Assembly (NCBI GenBank): GCA_041687435.1
Contig: JAWLBX010000004.1
Coordinates: forward strand, 157,090-221,089
Length of the DNA: 64,000 nt
Origin: Alphaproteobacteria bacterium
Lineage (GTDB): Bacteria > Pseudomonadota > Alphaproteobacteria > Bin95
Reading direction: 5' to 3'
Positions within the stretch are counted from its first letter, which is position 1. Each line of letters starts with the position of its first letter. The notes under the pieces are model-generated. The model was not told where the DNA came from. It saw only the letters and a list, made by a program, of their open reading frames with translations, and did not search any database. Shown here piece after piece: positions 18,985 through 28,439 of the stretch. The position numbers and the translations under genes were made by a program.

Positions 18985-21405
18985 ATGCCTGACCTGCCCA
19001 CTCAAGCCAAAATCGTCGTTGTCGGCGGCGGCATCGTCGGCTGCTCCATCGCCTATCACTTGGCGCGGCTGGGCGAGCGCGACGTGCTGCTGCTGGAGCA
19101 GGGGCAGCTTTCAGGCGGCACAACCTGGCATGCCGCCGGGCTGGTGGGCCAGTTGCGCGCGACGCACAACCTCACCCGCCTCGCAAAATATGGGGCGGAA
19201 CTGTACGAGACGCTGGAGGCGGAAACGGGGCAGGCCACCGGCTTCCGCCGCACCGGCTCGCTCAGCGTTGCCCGCACCGCCGCCCGCACGGAGGAGTTGC
19301 GCCGCGGCCTCGTCATGGCCGCCTGTTTCGGCGTCGAGATGCATGAAATCGGTCTGGCCGAGGCACAGGCGAAAATCCCGCTGATGGCGGTGGACGATCT
19401 GGACTCCGCCTTTTTCATCCCTGGCGACGGCATGACCAACCCGACCGACACAACCCAGGCGCTAGCTCGCGGCGCGCGGCGGGGCGGCGTCACGATCCGG
19501 GAACGCGTGAAGGTGGAGCGAATCGAGCGCGCCGGACGCTCACCTGCCGCCGTGGTCACGAACCAGGGCCGCGTCGCCTGCGAGCAGGTGGTGCTGGCCG
19601 GCGGGCTCTGGACCCGCGAGCTGGCCCGGCCTTTGGGTGTAGCCGTGCCGCTGCATGCTGCCGAACATATGTATGTCGTCACGCGTCCGATCGAGGGTGT
19701 GATCCGCAACCAGCCGGTGCTGCGCGACCCTGACGGCTATCTGTATGCGAAGGAGGAGGTCGGGGGGCTCGTCCTCGGCGGGTTCGAGCCGAACGCCAAG
19801 CCCTGGGGCTCCCGCGGTGTGCCGGACGATTTCGTCTTTCAGCTTCTGCCGGAGGACTGGGACCAGTTCGAGCCGTTCATGATCAACGGCCTGCAACGGT
19901 TCCCGTGCATGGAAACCGCCCAGATCCGCCAGCTTTTAGTCGGGCCGGAGAGCTTTACGCCGGACAATGCCTATTGCCTGGGCGCCGCACCCGGCTGGCA
20001 GGGGCTCTATATCGCGGCAGGCTTTAACTCGGTCGGCATTGCGTCGGCGGCGGGCGCGGGCAAAGCGCTGGCGGAATGGATCGCCGCCGGTGAGGCGACG
20101 ATGGACCTGACCGATATCGACATCCGCCGCTTTCACGGTTGGGAGTGGAACCGCACCTATCTGGCGGAACGGGTGACGGAGACCGTGGGCACGCTCTACG
20201 CGATGCACTGGCCCCACCGCCAGATGACCACGGGCCGGGGCCTGCGCCGTTCGCCCCTGCACGAGGCGCTGAAGGGGAAGGGGGCCTGCTTCGGGCAGGT
20301 GGCCGGCTGGGAGCGGCCGAACTGGTTCGCGCTGGAGGGGCAGGCGCCCGAGTACGAGTACGCCTGGGATCGCCAGAACTGGTTCGAAAACCAGCGTCAG
20401 GAGCACATGGCCGTGCGGGAGGCGTGCGGCCTGTTCGACATGGCGAGCTACGGCAAGCTGCTGTTGCAGGGCCGGGATGCCGAGCGCGTGCTTTCCCGCC
20501 TTTGCGCCAACACCGTGCAGGTTGAGCCGGGACGCATCGTCTACACCCAGATGCTGAACGCGCGCGGTGGCATCGAGTGCGACCTGACCGTGGCCCGGCT
20601 GGACAGCGACCGCTTCCTGATCGTGACCGCCTGTGCTGCAACCGCCCGCGATCGGGCCTGGATCGAGGATCATATCGAGCCGGACGACTGCGCGGTCCTT
20701 ACCGATATGACCGGCGGCATCGGCGCGTTCTCGGTGATGGGGCCGAACGCGGTCGCGCTGCTGGAGCAGGTCAGCGGCGAGACGCTGGACAATGCCCGCT
20801 GCCCGTTCGGTCATTGGACGGAGTTGGAGATCGGCTTCGCCACCGCCCGCGCCATGCGCATCACCTATGTCGGCGAGCGCGGCTTCGAGCTTTACATGCC
20901 GTGTGAGATGGTGGCGCATGCGTTCGAAACCGTCCGGGTCGCCGGTGCCGATCACGGCCTGCGGCTGGCCGGCTATCACACACTGGATAGCTGCCGGATC
21001 GAGAAGGCGTTCCGCCACTGGGGGCACGATATCGGCCCGGACGACACGCCGCTGGAGGCCGGCCTGGGCTTTGCCGTGAAAAGCGACGCCGCCTATATCG
21101 GCCGCGACGCTATCGAGCGGCAGCGGCAAGAAGGCATTGCCCGCCACATGCGCCAATTCCGGCTGGACGATCCCGCCGTTCATCTGTTCCACGACGAGGC
21201 GATTTGGCACGAGGGCGAACTGGTTGGGCGCATCACCAGCGGCAATTACGGGCATGCTCTTGGCGGCGCAATGGGAATGGGCTATGTGCCGGCGCGGCTC
21301 GCAGATGCCGAAAATTTTGCCATTCAGGTTGGAAATCGCATGATCTCCGCTTGCGCCAGCCGCATACCGCTCTACGATCCCCGATCCGATCGCATCCGCG
21401 GCTGA
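18985..21405 (+). CDS. Dimethylglycine/sarcosine dehydrogenase family protein (FAD oxidoreductase fused to a GcvT-like aminomethyltransferase domain)
   Basis: 806 aa; N-terminal FAD Rossmann VVVGGGIVGCSIAYHLA; C-terminal GcvT-like folate-binding domain; length and architecture match DMGDH/SarDH. Confidence 0.85.
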   Translation: MPDLPTQAKIVVVGGGIVGCSIAYHLARLGERDVLLLEQGQLSGGTTWHAAGLVGQLRATHNLTRLAKYGAELYETLEAETGQATGFRRTGSLSVARTAARTEELRRGLVMAACFGVEMHEIGLAEAQAKIPLMAVDDLDSAFFIPGDGMTNPTDTTQALARGARRGGVTIRERVKVERIERAGRSPAAVVTNQGRVACEQVVLAGGLWTRELARPLGVAVPLHAAEHMYVVTRPIEGVIRNQPVLRDPDGYLYAKEEVGGLVLGGFEPNAKPWGSRGVPDDFVFQLLPEDWDQFEPFMINGLQRFPCMETAQIRQLLVGPESFTPDNAYCLGAAPGWQGLYIAAGFNSVGIASAAGAGKALAEWIAAGEATMDLTDIDIRRFHGWEWNRTYLAERVTETVGTLYAMHWPHRQMTTGRGLRRSPLHEALKGKGACFGQVAGWERPNWFALEGQAPEYEYAWDRQNWFENQRQEHMAVREACGLFDMASYGKLLLQGRDAERVLSRLCANTVQVEPGRIVYTQMLNARGGIECDLTVARLDSDRFLIVTACAATARDRAWIEDHIEPDDCAVLTDMTGGIGAFSVMGPNAVALLEQVSGETLDNARCPFGHWTELEIGFATARAMRITYVGERGFELYMPCEMVAHAFETVRVAGADHGLRLAGYHTLDSCRIEKAFRHWGHDIGPDDTPLEAGLGFAVKSDAAYIGRDAIERQRQEGIARHMRQFRLDDPAVHLFHDEAIWHEGELVGRITSGNYGHALGGAMGMGYVPARLADAENFAIQVGNRMISACASRIPLYDPRSDRIRG

Positions 21406-21527
21406 GCAGGGGATGATAAAATTACATTTAATGCGGCATTTGCGACACAAAAACACGATGACGGCGCCGAAATTGTAAGATAATTTCGCGTTAATGAAAG
21501 CTGATAGGATGCAAGGAGTCCGGTGCC

Positions 21528-22421
21528 ATGGCTGAGGAAGGGTTGATCCCGTTCGACGACCGCGACGGTGTCATTTGGTTGGATGGAAAGCTCGTGCCCT
21601 GGCGCGACGCGAAACTGCACGTGCTGACCCACGGCCTGCATTATGCCAGCGCCGTGTTCGAGGGCGAACGCTGCTACACCGGCAATATCTTTGCCTGCCG
21701 CGCGCACTCGGAACGCCTGCGCAAATCCGCTGAGATTCTGGGTTTTGAAGTCCCGTTCACGGCGGAGGAGTTGGACGCCGCGAAATACGCGACGCTCAAG
21801 GCCAACAATCTGACCGAGGCCTATGTCCGCCCGATTGCCTGGCGCGGCACGGAGCAGATGGGTGTTTCCGCACAAAAGAACAAAATTCACGTCGCTATCG
21901 CGGTGTGGGAATGGCCGTCCTACTTCTCGCCAGAAGCGCTGATGAAGGGCATTCGCATGAAAACCGGGCCCTGGCGCCGCCCGCCGCCGACCTCGGCCCC
22001 CGTCCATTCCAAGGCGACCGGCCTCTACATGATCTGCACGCTGTCCAAGCACTGGGCGGAGGCGCAAAAGATCGACGACGCCATGATGCTGGATTGGCGC
22101 GGCTTCGTGTCGGAAGGCACGGGTGCCAACATCTTCCTGAACATCGACGGCAAGCTGCACACGCCGACGCCGGATTGCTTCCTGAACGGCATCACCCGGC
22201 AAACCGTCATGAAGATCGCCAAGGAGCACCAGATCGAGGTGGTCGAGCGCCACATTCCGGTGGAGGATCTGAAGGTCGCCACCGAATGCTTCGTCACGGG
22301 CACCGCGGCGGAGGTCACGCCTGTAGGTTCCATCGACGACAACACCTTCACCGTCGGTCCGATGACCCAGACGCTGATGAACGCCTATTCTACCCTGGTG
22401 CGCTCCGGCGGTTCTGCCTGA
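21528..22421 (+). CDS. ilvE: Branched-chain amino acid aminotransferase (class IV)
   Basis: 297 aa, MAEEGLIPFDDRDGVIWLDGKLVPWRDAKLHVLTHGLHYASAVFEGERCY is a typical IlvE N-terminus. Confidence 0.9.
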   Translation: MAEEGLIPFDDRDGVIWLDGKLVPWRDAKLHVLTHGLHYASAVFEGERCYTGNIFACRAHSERLRKSAEILGFEVPFTAEELDAAKYATLKANNLTEAYVRPIAWRGTEQMGVSAQKNKIHVAIAVWEWPSYFSPEALMKGIRMKTGPWRRPPPTSAPVHSKATGLYMICTLSKHWAEAQKIDDAMMLDWRGFVSEGTGANIFLNIDGKLHTPTPDCFLNGITRQTVMKIAKEHQIEVVERHIPVEDLKVATECFVTGTAAEVTPVGSIDDNTFTVGPMTQTLMNAYSTLVRSGGSA

Positions 22422-22490
22422 GGCGCGAGCGGCAGGGGGTTGGAAACATTCCGCCCCCAGCAAGCCAGCACCGGATTGTTAGAAAATGCA

Positions 22491-22524
22491 GCGGCGGCGC
22501 CATGGCGCCGCCGCTGTCTTGTTA
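22491..22524 (+). terminator. Candidate rho-independent terminator downstream of ilvE
   Basis: Perfect 24-nt GC palindrome GCGGCGGCGCCATGGCGCCGCCGC (22491-22514) followed by TGTCTTGTTAT. Confidence 0.5.
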
Positions 22525-22633
22525 TGAGGTTTTGCCTTTTACCGAAAAACGGTCACCATGCCTTTCTGCACCCCGAACGCTGCTGTCTGCGTACCGTTCG
22601 CTCCCGAAAGCCCGCCTCGCCAAAAGGATCACA

Positions 22634-24025
22634 ATGCCGAACCGTGCCCAAGCCCTTGCCCGTGCCGAAGCCTTTGTCGACGAGGGACGTTTCGAGGCCG
22701 ATCTTGCCGAGCGTGTTGCGGTGCCTAGCGAAAGCCAGGTGCCGGAACGCTTCGGCGAGTTGGTGCGCTATCAGACCGACCTGATGGCGCCCGCCTTCGC
22801 AGAACTGGGATTCGAGCATGTCCTGCTCGACAACCCGGTGCCGGGCCGTGGCCCTGTGCTGGTTGCAAGCCGCATCGAAGACCCATCGCTGCCGACGGTT
22901 TTGTTATACGGCCACGGCGATGTGGTGCGCTCTGTCGCGAGCGAATGGGACAACAACCGCGACCCCTATGCTGTGACGCGCGAAGGGGACCGGCTCTATG
23001 GCCGTGGCGTCGTCGACAACAAGGGCCAGCACACGCTGGCCATGTTGGCGCTGGAAGCGGTGCTGGCAGAACGCGGCCGTTTGGGGTTCAACGCCAAGTT
23101 CATGGTTGAGACTGGCGAGGAGCAGGGCTCGCCCGGCCTCGACGCGCTGCTGGTGCAGCATCGGGACGTGTTCCAGGCGGATGCGTTTCTGGGCTTTGAT
23201 GGTCCGCGCAAGTCCTTTCGCAGGCTCGACCTGAATCTGGGTTGCCGCGGCGGCGTGTTTTTTGGGCTGGAGGTCGACTTGAACCGGCCCGGCGGCCTGC
23301 ATTCCGGCCATTTCGGCGGGGTGCTGCCGGATGCCGCCATCATCCTGGCCCAAGCGCTGGCGACCATCACTACGCCGAAGGGCCGCATTCTGGTGCAGGA
23401 CTGGCTGCCGAAGCACGTGCCGAATTCGGTGCGCGCGGCCGTGGGCGACATCGTCGCCGATCTCGTCGAGGGCATGCCGCAGCCGGATCCGGACTGGGGC
23501 TTCACCGAACTGACGGAGCATGAAAAGGTGCTGGCCTGGACCAGCTTCATCATCCTGGGCATGTCCGCCGGCAATGCAGACAATCCGGTCAACGCCGTGC
23601 CCAGCTATGCCAAGGCCACCTGCCAGATCCGGCACACGGTGGATGTAGATGCCGCCGTGTTCGTGCCGGCGCTGCGCAAACACCTGGATGCTCACGGCTT
23701 CCAGCATGTCACCATCAATTCTAATGTGGGCCGCGACCAGTTCCTCGCCAGCCGCACCGATCCGGACGACCCCTGGGTGCAGCGCTTCCGCCGCTCCATT
23801 GTCGCGACGCATGGGGAGGAGCCGAACATTCTGCCATCCTCCTCCGGCTCGAACCCGTCCGAGCTGTTCAAGGCGCGGCTGGGCGTGCCGGTGGTCTGGT
23901 TCCCAAGCTCCTATGCCGGCTGCAACCAGCACGGCGCGAACGAGCACGGCCTGATGCCGCTGTTCCGCGAGGGCATCGCCGCCGCGACCGGCATGTTCTG
24001 GGATTTGGGGGCGGCTGGCTCTTAA
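22634..24025 (+). CDS. M20 family metallopeptidase (ArgE/DapE/CPG2-like dipeptidase)
   Basis: 463 aa from MPNRAQ (ATG 22634) with M20 motifs (LLYGHGDVV, GRGVVDNKGQ, ETGEEQGS). The upstream part of ORF 21905..24025 overlaps ilvE out of frame and is rejected. Confidence 0.8.
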   Translation: MPNRAQALARAEAFVDEGRFEADLAERVAVPSESQVPERFGELVRYQTDLMAPAFAELGFEHVLLDNPVPGRGPVLVASRIEDPSLPTVLLYGHGDVVRSVASEWDNNRDPYAVTREGDRLYGRGVVDNKGQHTLAMLALEAVLAERGRLGFNAKFMVETGEEQGSPGLDALLVQHRDVFQADAFLGFDGPRKSFRRLDLNLGCRGGVFFGLEVDLNRPGGLHSGHFGGVLPDAAIILAQALATITTPKGRILVQDWLPKHVPNSVRAAVGDIVADLVEGMPQPDPDWGFTELTEHEKVLAWTSFIILGMSAGNADNPVNAVPSYAKATCQIRHTVDVDAAVFVPALRKHLDAHGFQHVTINSNVGRDQFLASRTDPDDPWVQRFRRSIVATHGEEPNILPSSSGSNPSELFKARLGVPVVWFPSSYAGCNQHGANEHGLMPLFREGIAAATGMFWDLGAAGS

Positions 24026-24028
24026 ACC

Positions 24029-24997
24029 TCAGTCCGCCAGCGGGTGGTGTTCCAGCACCAGCGCCCGGCGGCGTTCCTCCAACACGTGCGTGTAAATCTG
24101 TGTGGTGCCGATGTCGGCATGCCCCAGCAGCGTCTGCAAGGCCCGCAGATCGGCACCATGCGCGAGCAAATGGGTGGCGAAAGCGTGGCGTAACACATGT
24201 GGTGAGACCTTCGCCGGATCGAGCCCAGCCCCCAACGCCAGCGCCTTCAGCAACTGGCCTACCCGGCGGCGTGTCAGGTGCCCCTCCTTGCTGCGCGAGG
24301 GGAACAGCCATTTGGCCAAACCAGGTGTGGTCACGAATACGCCGCGCACAGCCAGATACCGCTCCAGCGCTACCACTGCCGCGCTGCCGATCGGCACCAT
24401 GCGCTCGCGTCCGCCCTTGCCGCGCAGCCAGAGCGCGCCGGCGCTGGCGCCGTGGCGTGCCGCGGCTTGCGGCAGGCTGACCAGTTCGCTGACCCGGAGC
24501 CCGGTCGCATAAAGAAGCTCAACGATAGCCACGAGCCGTGCGCCTTCAGGCCCGTCCATGCCATGCGCGGCTTCCAGCAGCGCCTCGACTTCCGCCGGTG
24601 TCAGGAATTTCGGCAGGCTTTGCGTGCTGCGGGGGGCGTCCAATGCAGCGGTCGGATCGTCGGGGCGTTCGCCTTCGCTGACCAGATACCGGAAGAACTG
24701 GCGCAGCGCTGACAGACGTCTTGCCTGGGTACTGCGCGCGAGACCAGCCGCGGCCATGCCTTGCACCACATGGCGCAGGTCCGCGGGCGAGGCCTCCGCG
24801 AGCGGGCGCGGCTGTATCCCTGCCGCCACGGCGCGCAGGTCGCGACCGTAGGCCTCCAGCGTGTTGCGGGCCGCGCCGCGTTCGGCGGAGAGTGTTTCCA
24901 GGAATGCCTCGATGGCGGGGTCAGAGGCCGGCGGCAATGGCCAGTTCCACCGCAACGGTGCGGGCATCGGCGGGGCTGACCTTTGCCAGCGCGGCAA
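24029..24997 (-). CDS. xerD: Tyrosine recombinase XerD (start uncertain)
   Basis: Phage-integrase-family catalytic motifs (ATGLRVSELVSL, HVLRHAFATHLL, GHADIGTTQIYTHV) and N-terminal SAM-like domain IEAFLETLSAERGAARNTLEAYGRDL. The ORF's first start is TTG at 24995-24997, and ATG at 24965-24967 is an alternative. Either choice overlaps the upstream gene's 3' end. Confidence 0.8.
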   Translation of the reverse strand: MPRWQRSAPPMPAPLRWNWPLPPASDPAIEAFLETLSAERGAARNTLEAYGRDLRAVAAGIQPRPLAEASPADLRHVVQGMAAAGLARSTQARRLSALRQFFRYLVSEGERPDDPTAALDAPRSTQSLPKFLTPAEVEALLEAAHGMDGPEGARLVAIVELLYATGLRVSELVSLPQAAARHGASAGALWLRGKGGRERMVPIGSAAVVALERYLAVRGVFVTTPGLAKWLFPSRSKEGHLTRRRVGQLLKALALGAGLDPAKVSPHVLRHAFATHLLAHGADLRALQTLLGHADIGTTQIYTHVLEERRRALVLEHHPLAD

Positions 24998-26462
24998 CCG
25001 CCTGCACGGTCAGGCCGGCGCTTGGGGCAGGGGAGGCGGCAAGTGCGGTCAGCGCCAGCAACGCTGCTTCTCCCGCCTCTGCCCTGGCAATGGCGCGTGC
25101 TGAGGCAGAGCGATCCGGTCCGGGGCCGGAAGCGTTTGGCACCGCTATCCCCAGCGCCTGTAACAGGCCTGCGGCGAGTGCTGTTTTCTCCTCGCCGGGC
25201 TTTGCCGCCTTCAGCCAAGCGGGCCACCAGTCGACCGATGCTGGCAAGGGCTCTCCTGCCAGCGCCAGTATCAGGTAGGCGGCATCGCGCGCTTCCGCCC
25301 CCACCTGGGTCTTTCCGGCGGTAGCCAGCGCATTCTGTGCCGCGCCGGTTGCAGCGGCATCACGAGCGGCCAGCGCGGCGCGCAACGCCCTGGCGGCAAA
25401 GGCGGGCGGCACGGCTTTCAGATCGAGGCCGGTCATGAATTCCAGCGAGAAGGGCGCCAGCTGAGCATAGAGTCCTGCCTTGGCTGTGGCATCCCAGAAG
25501 GCTTCCAGCGCTGCCAGCCGCTGCGGCCCCGAGCCGGTAATGGCCACTTGGCGGTAGGTGGCGCCGAGCGGCGTCGTCAGTTCGGTCGCCAGATAGAGCT
25601 GCACCAGCATGTCGGCCGGCAGCACATTCGCCCGCACTGCCCGCTCCGCGGCTTCCGTTCGTGGCTCCAGGCCTATTGCCGGATAGCGGGCGACACTGCT
25701 TGCAACCAAGGCCGGCGTTTCATTCCACATTTTTGGCAAGGCCATGGGCTGGCTCAAAGCGCGGATCATGGTGAGGTGCAGCGGTTCTGTCGGCGTGACA
25801 GCAGGGCCAGCTGGCCGCTCGGGAAACTGGCGAGACAGGAACAACTGCGTAAACACGGGGTCATCCCCGCCCAATTCGTCCGCCAGCATCACCGCGACCA
25901 TGGCCGCTTCTTCCTGCTTGCGCAGCAGCCGGCAAAACGCCGCGAGCCGTTGCCATTGCTCTGTCGCTGCTGCATCTCCTGCCTGTGTCGGCAGGGCGCA
26001 GACACCCGACAGGTTGTAGCGCAGCATGGCGACCGTGGCCCGGGCCTGCCAATAGGGCGCATCACGCAGCCCGGGGTCGATCCGCTCGGCCAGATCGAGC
26101 ACGTCCTGCTCGGCCCCCAGGCGGGCGAGTGCCGCCAGGCGCCGGCTTGCCAGCGACGGCATGGCCTGCTCGCCATCGGGCGGCGCTGCCGAAACGCGCA
26201 GCAGATTGACGAGCGCACGGTATTGCGCCGGGCTTTGCACCTCTGCCGGCAATCCGTCCAGCACAGCGGCCAAACGGCTGGGCGAACTGCCCTGCCACAG
26301 CGCCTCCGGCAGGCCGGTGTCCTGCGGCAGGGTTAAACCCACCCGTTCCGGAGTGGCATCGATAAACCGCACGGTCTGGGCCGCAACCGGCTGGGTGGCG
26401 ATCAGCGCGCAGCCGATTGCCAAACCTGCCAGCCAGCCCCACCTATTGCTCAAATCGGGCAT
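24921..26462 (-). CDS. Hypothetical secreted Ala-rich protein
   Basis: 513 aa from MPDLSNRWGWLAGLAIGCALIATQPVAAQ (signal peptide). Highly Ala/Leu-rich, probably helical-repeat, with no recognisable catalytic motif. Its 3' end overlaps the xerD start by 34-77 nt. Confidence 0.55.
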   Translation of the reverse strand: MPDLSNRWGWLAGLAIGCALIATQPVAAQTVRFIDATPERVGLTLPQDTGLPEALWQGSSPSRLAAVLDGLPAEVQSPAQYRALVNLLRVSAAPPDGEQAMPSLASRRLAALARLGAEQDVLDLAERIDPGLRDAPYWQARATVAMLRYNLSGVCALPTQAGDAAATEQWQRLAAFCRLLRKQEEAAMVAVMLADELGGDDPVFTQLFLSRQFPERPAGPAVTPTEPLHLTMIRALSQPMALPKMWNETPALVASSVARYPAIGLEPRTEAAERAVRANVLPADMLVQLYLATELTTPLGATYRQVAITGSGPQRLAALEAFWDATAKAGLYAQLAPFSLEFMTGLDLKAVPPAFAARALRAALAARDAAATGAAQNALATAGKTQVGAEARDAAYLILALAGEPLPASVDWWPAWLKAAKPGEEKTALAAGLLQALGIAVPNASGPGPDRSASARAIARAEAGEAALLALTALAASPAPSAGLTVQAVAALAKVSPADARTVAVELAIAAGL

Positions 26463-26583
26463 TCGGTAAGATCTTTTCGACAGTCTGGGTTGGCGGCGGA
26501 ATATCGCCCATGGCGATGTACAGACCGCCGCCCAATGCTGCCAGTACAACCAATGCGAGGAGTGCCAAAACTATCCGTCCCAT
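26443..26583 (-). CDS. Candidate small membrane protein (46 aa), coupled to the downstream Ala-rich protein
   Basis: Minus-strand ATG at 26581-26583 gives MGRIVLALLALVVLAALGGGLYIAMGDIPPPTQTVEKILPNARFEQ*, a single TM helix. Its stop overlaps the ATG of the 24921..26462 gene (ATGCCCGATTTGAGCAATAG). GC3 is low and it is not in the ORF track, so the call is weak. Confidence 0.25.
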   Translation of the reverse strand: MGRIVLALLALVVLAALGGGLYIAMGDIPPPTQTVEKILPNARFEQ

Positions 26584-26718
26584 CCGCGCGGGATCCTTTT
26601 GGAAGCGTGTGAGGATGGTTCATCACGTCGCAACGCGACACTTCCGAACCACTTTAACGGATTCTGCCATGCAGCATAGCTTGACGATCAACCCCTTCCT
26701 GCGCCATGGAATCGCGCC

Positions 26719-27315
26719 ATGAGCAGAGCTAGCGCTGCGGCAGAGGCCGCCAACCCCAATATCGTCGCCCGTCCCGACCGGACCATTGTCCTGGTGGGAA
26801 TGATGGGCGTTGGCAAAACCACCATTGGCAAGCGCTTGGCGCAACGCCTTGGCATGGATTTCATCGATGCCGATGCCGAGATCGAAAAGGCGGCAGGCTA
26901 CACCATTCCCGAGATATTCGAAAAATTCGGCGAGGCGCAGTTCCGCGATGGAGAGCGCCGGGTCATCGCCCGTTTGTTGAAGGATGAGCCGGCGCACGTC
27001 CTGGCGGCGGGTGGCGGCGCTTTCAACGATCCGGAAACGCGGGAGCGCATCGCCGAACGCGGCATCTCCGTCTGGCTGCGTGCGGAGTTGGACGTGCTGG
27101 CCAAGCGCGTCGCCCGCCGCAACAATCGCCCCTTGCTTGCCGATGGCGATGTGGAACAGAAACTTGCGGTTCTGATGGAGGAGCGGGCGCCGATCTATTC
27201 TCTTGCCGATCTTCACCTCGACACCAGCGAGGGTGAGCCGGAGGACAGCGTGCAGGCCCTGGTGCAGAAACTGGAGGAGGGCGGTTACATGAAAGTTTAC
27301 GCAACCCGGTCATGA
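26719..27315 (+). CDS. aroK: Shikimate kinase
   Basis: Walker A GMMGVGKTTIGKRLA with the shikimate kinase fold; 4-nt overlap with aroB. Confidence 0.9.
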   Translation: MSRASAAAEAANPNIVARPDRTIVLVGMMGVGKTTIGKRLAQRLGMDFIDADAEIEKAAGYTIPEIFEKFGEAQFRDGERRVIARLLKDEPAHVLAAGGGAFNDPETRERIAERGISVWLRAELDVLAKRVARRNNRPLLADGDVEQKLAVLMEERAPIYSLADLHLDTSEGEPEDSVQALVQKLEEGGYMKVYATRS

Positions 27316-28439
27316 ACGGCGTGCACCGCCTTTCGGTCAATCTGGGTGCCGCTGCTGTCGACCGCTCCTATGACATTTTGATTGGCCCTGGTCTGATTGC
27401 GGCCGCAGGCAAACTCATCGCCGAGCGCCTGGCGGGCCGCCGGGCCGTGATCTTGACGGATAGCTGCGTCGGGCCGCTTTATGCCGATGCCATGGCCGCG
27501 TCGTTGAAGGCCGCAGGCATGGAATCCGAGACCCTGATCATTCCGGCGGGCGAGGCGGCCAAAAGCTTCGACCAATTGGGCGCGCTTTTGGATCAATGCC
27601 TGGACGCCGGTCTTGACCGCAAGAGCTTCCTGGTCGCTCTCGGCGGCGGTGTTGTCGGCGATTTGGGTGGTTTTCTCGCAGCAATCCTGCTGCGCGGCAT
27701 CGACTATGTGCAGGTGCCGACGACTCTGCTGTCCCAGGTGGACAGTTCCGTTGGCGGCAAAACCGCGATCAATACCCGCCACGGTAAGAACCTGGTCGGC
27801 GCCTTTCACCAGCCGCGGCTGGTGCTGGCCGATACCGGCGTATTGAAGACGCTGCCGAAGCGCGAATTGCTGTCCGGCTATGCCGAGGTGGCCAAATACG
27901 GCCTGATCGACCAGCCGAGTTTCTGGGTATGGCTGGAGGAAAATTCTGGCCGCATGCTGGCGTTGGAACCGGAAGCGCTGGCCCATGCGGTGCGTGTCAG
28001 TTGCGAGGCAAAGGCTGCCGTCGTCGCGGCGGACGAGCGGGAAGGCGGCGTGCGCGCGCTGCTGAATCTCGGCCACACATTTGGTCATGCGATCGAGGCG
28101 GAGGCGGGATATGGCGGCCAGGTGCTGCATGGCGAGGCGGTGGCCGTCGGCATGGCGCTGGCCTTCCGCCATTCCGTGCGGCTGGGGCTTTGCGAGCCGC
28201 CAGAGGCCGACCGGGTGGAGGCGCATCTGACCGAAGTCGGCCTGCCGGTGGCGCCACGGCTGGTCATGGGGCAGCAGTTGCCCACCATCGACCGGCTAAT
28301 GGCCCGCATGGCCTCCGACAAGAAGGCGGAAGGCGGGAAGCTCACCCTGATCCTAGCCCGTGGTATCGGCCAGAGCTTCATCGCCAGGGATGCCGACGCG
28401 GCCAAGGTGATCGAAACATGGGAGGAGGCGCTGGCCTAG
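27312..28439 (+). CDS. aroB: 3-dehydroquinate synthase
   Basis: 375 aa with DHQS motifs (GGGVVGDLGGF, metal-binding His pairs HTFGHAIE), downstream of aroK. Confidence 0.9.
   Translation: MNGVHRLSVNLGAAAVDRSYDILIGPGLIAAAGKLIAERLAGRRAVILTDSCVGPLYADAMAASLKAAGMESETLIIPAGEAAKSFDQLGALLDQCLDAGLDRKSFLVALGGGVVGDLGGFLAAILLRGIDYVQVPTTLLSQVDSSVGGKTAINTRHGKNLVGAFHQPRLVLADTGVLKTLPKRELLSGYAEVAKYGLIDQPSFWVWLEENSGRMLALEPEALAHAVRVSCEAKAAVVAADEREGGVRALLNLGHTFGHAIEAEAGYGGQVLHGEAVAVGMALAFRHSVRLGLCEPPEADRVEAHLTEVGLPVAPRLVMGQQLPTIDRLMARMASDKKAEGGKLTLILARGIGQSFIARDADAAKVIETWEEALA

Noticed and set aside
21905-22633. N-terminal 243 codons of ORF 21905..24025
   Set aside because: This segment overlaps ilvE in another frame and has no peptidase-like sequence. 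The M20 peptidase begins at ATG 22634, after the ilvE terminator palindrome.
26417-26722. 101-aa plus-strand ORF and 63-aa minus-strand ORF in the hypothetical/aroK intergenic region
   Set aside because: Both have low-GC third positions and no motifs. The region is more plausibly the aroK promoter plus the leader of the minus-strand operon. The 46-aa TM candidate at 26443-26583 was retained as a low-confidence feature instead.
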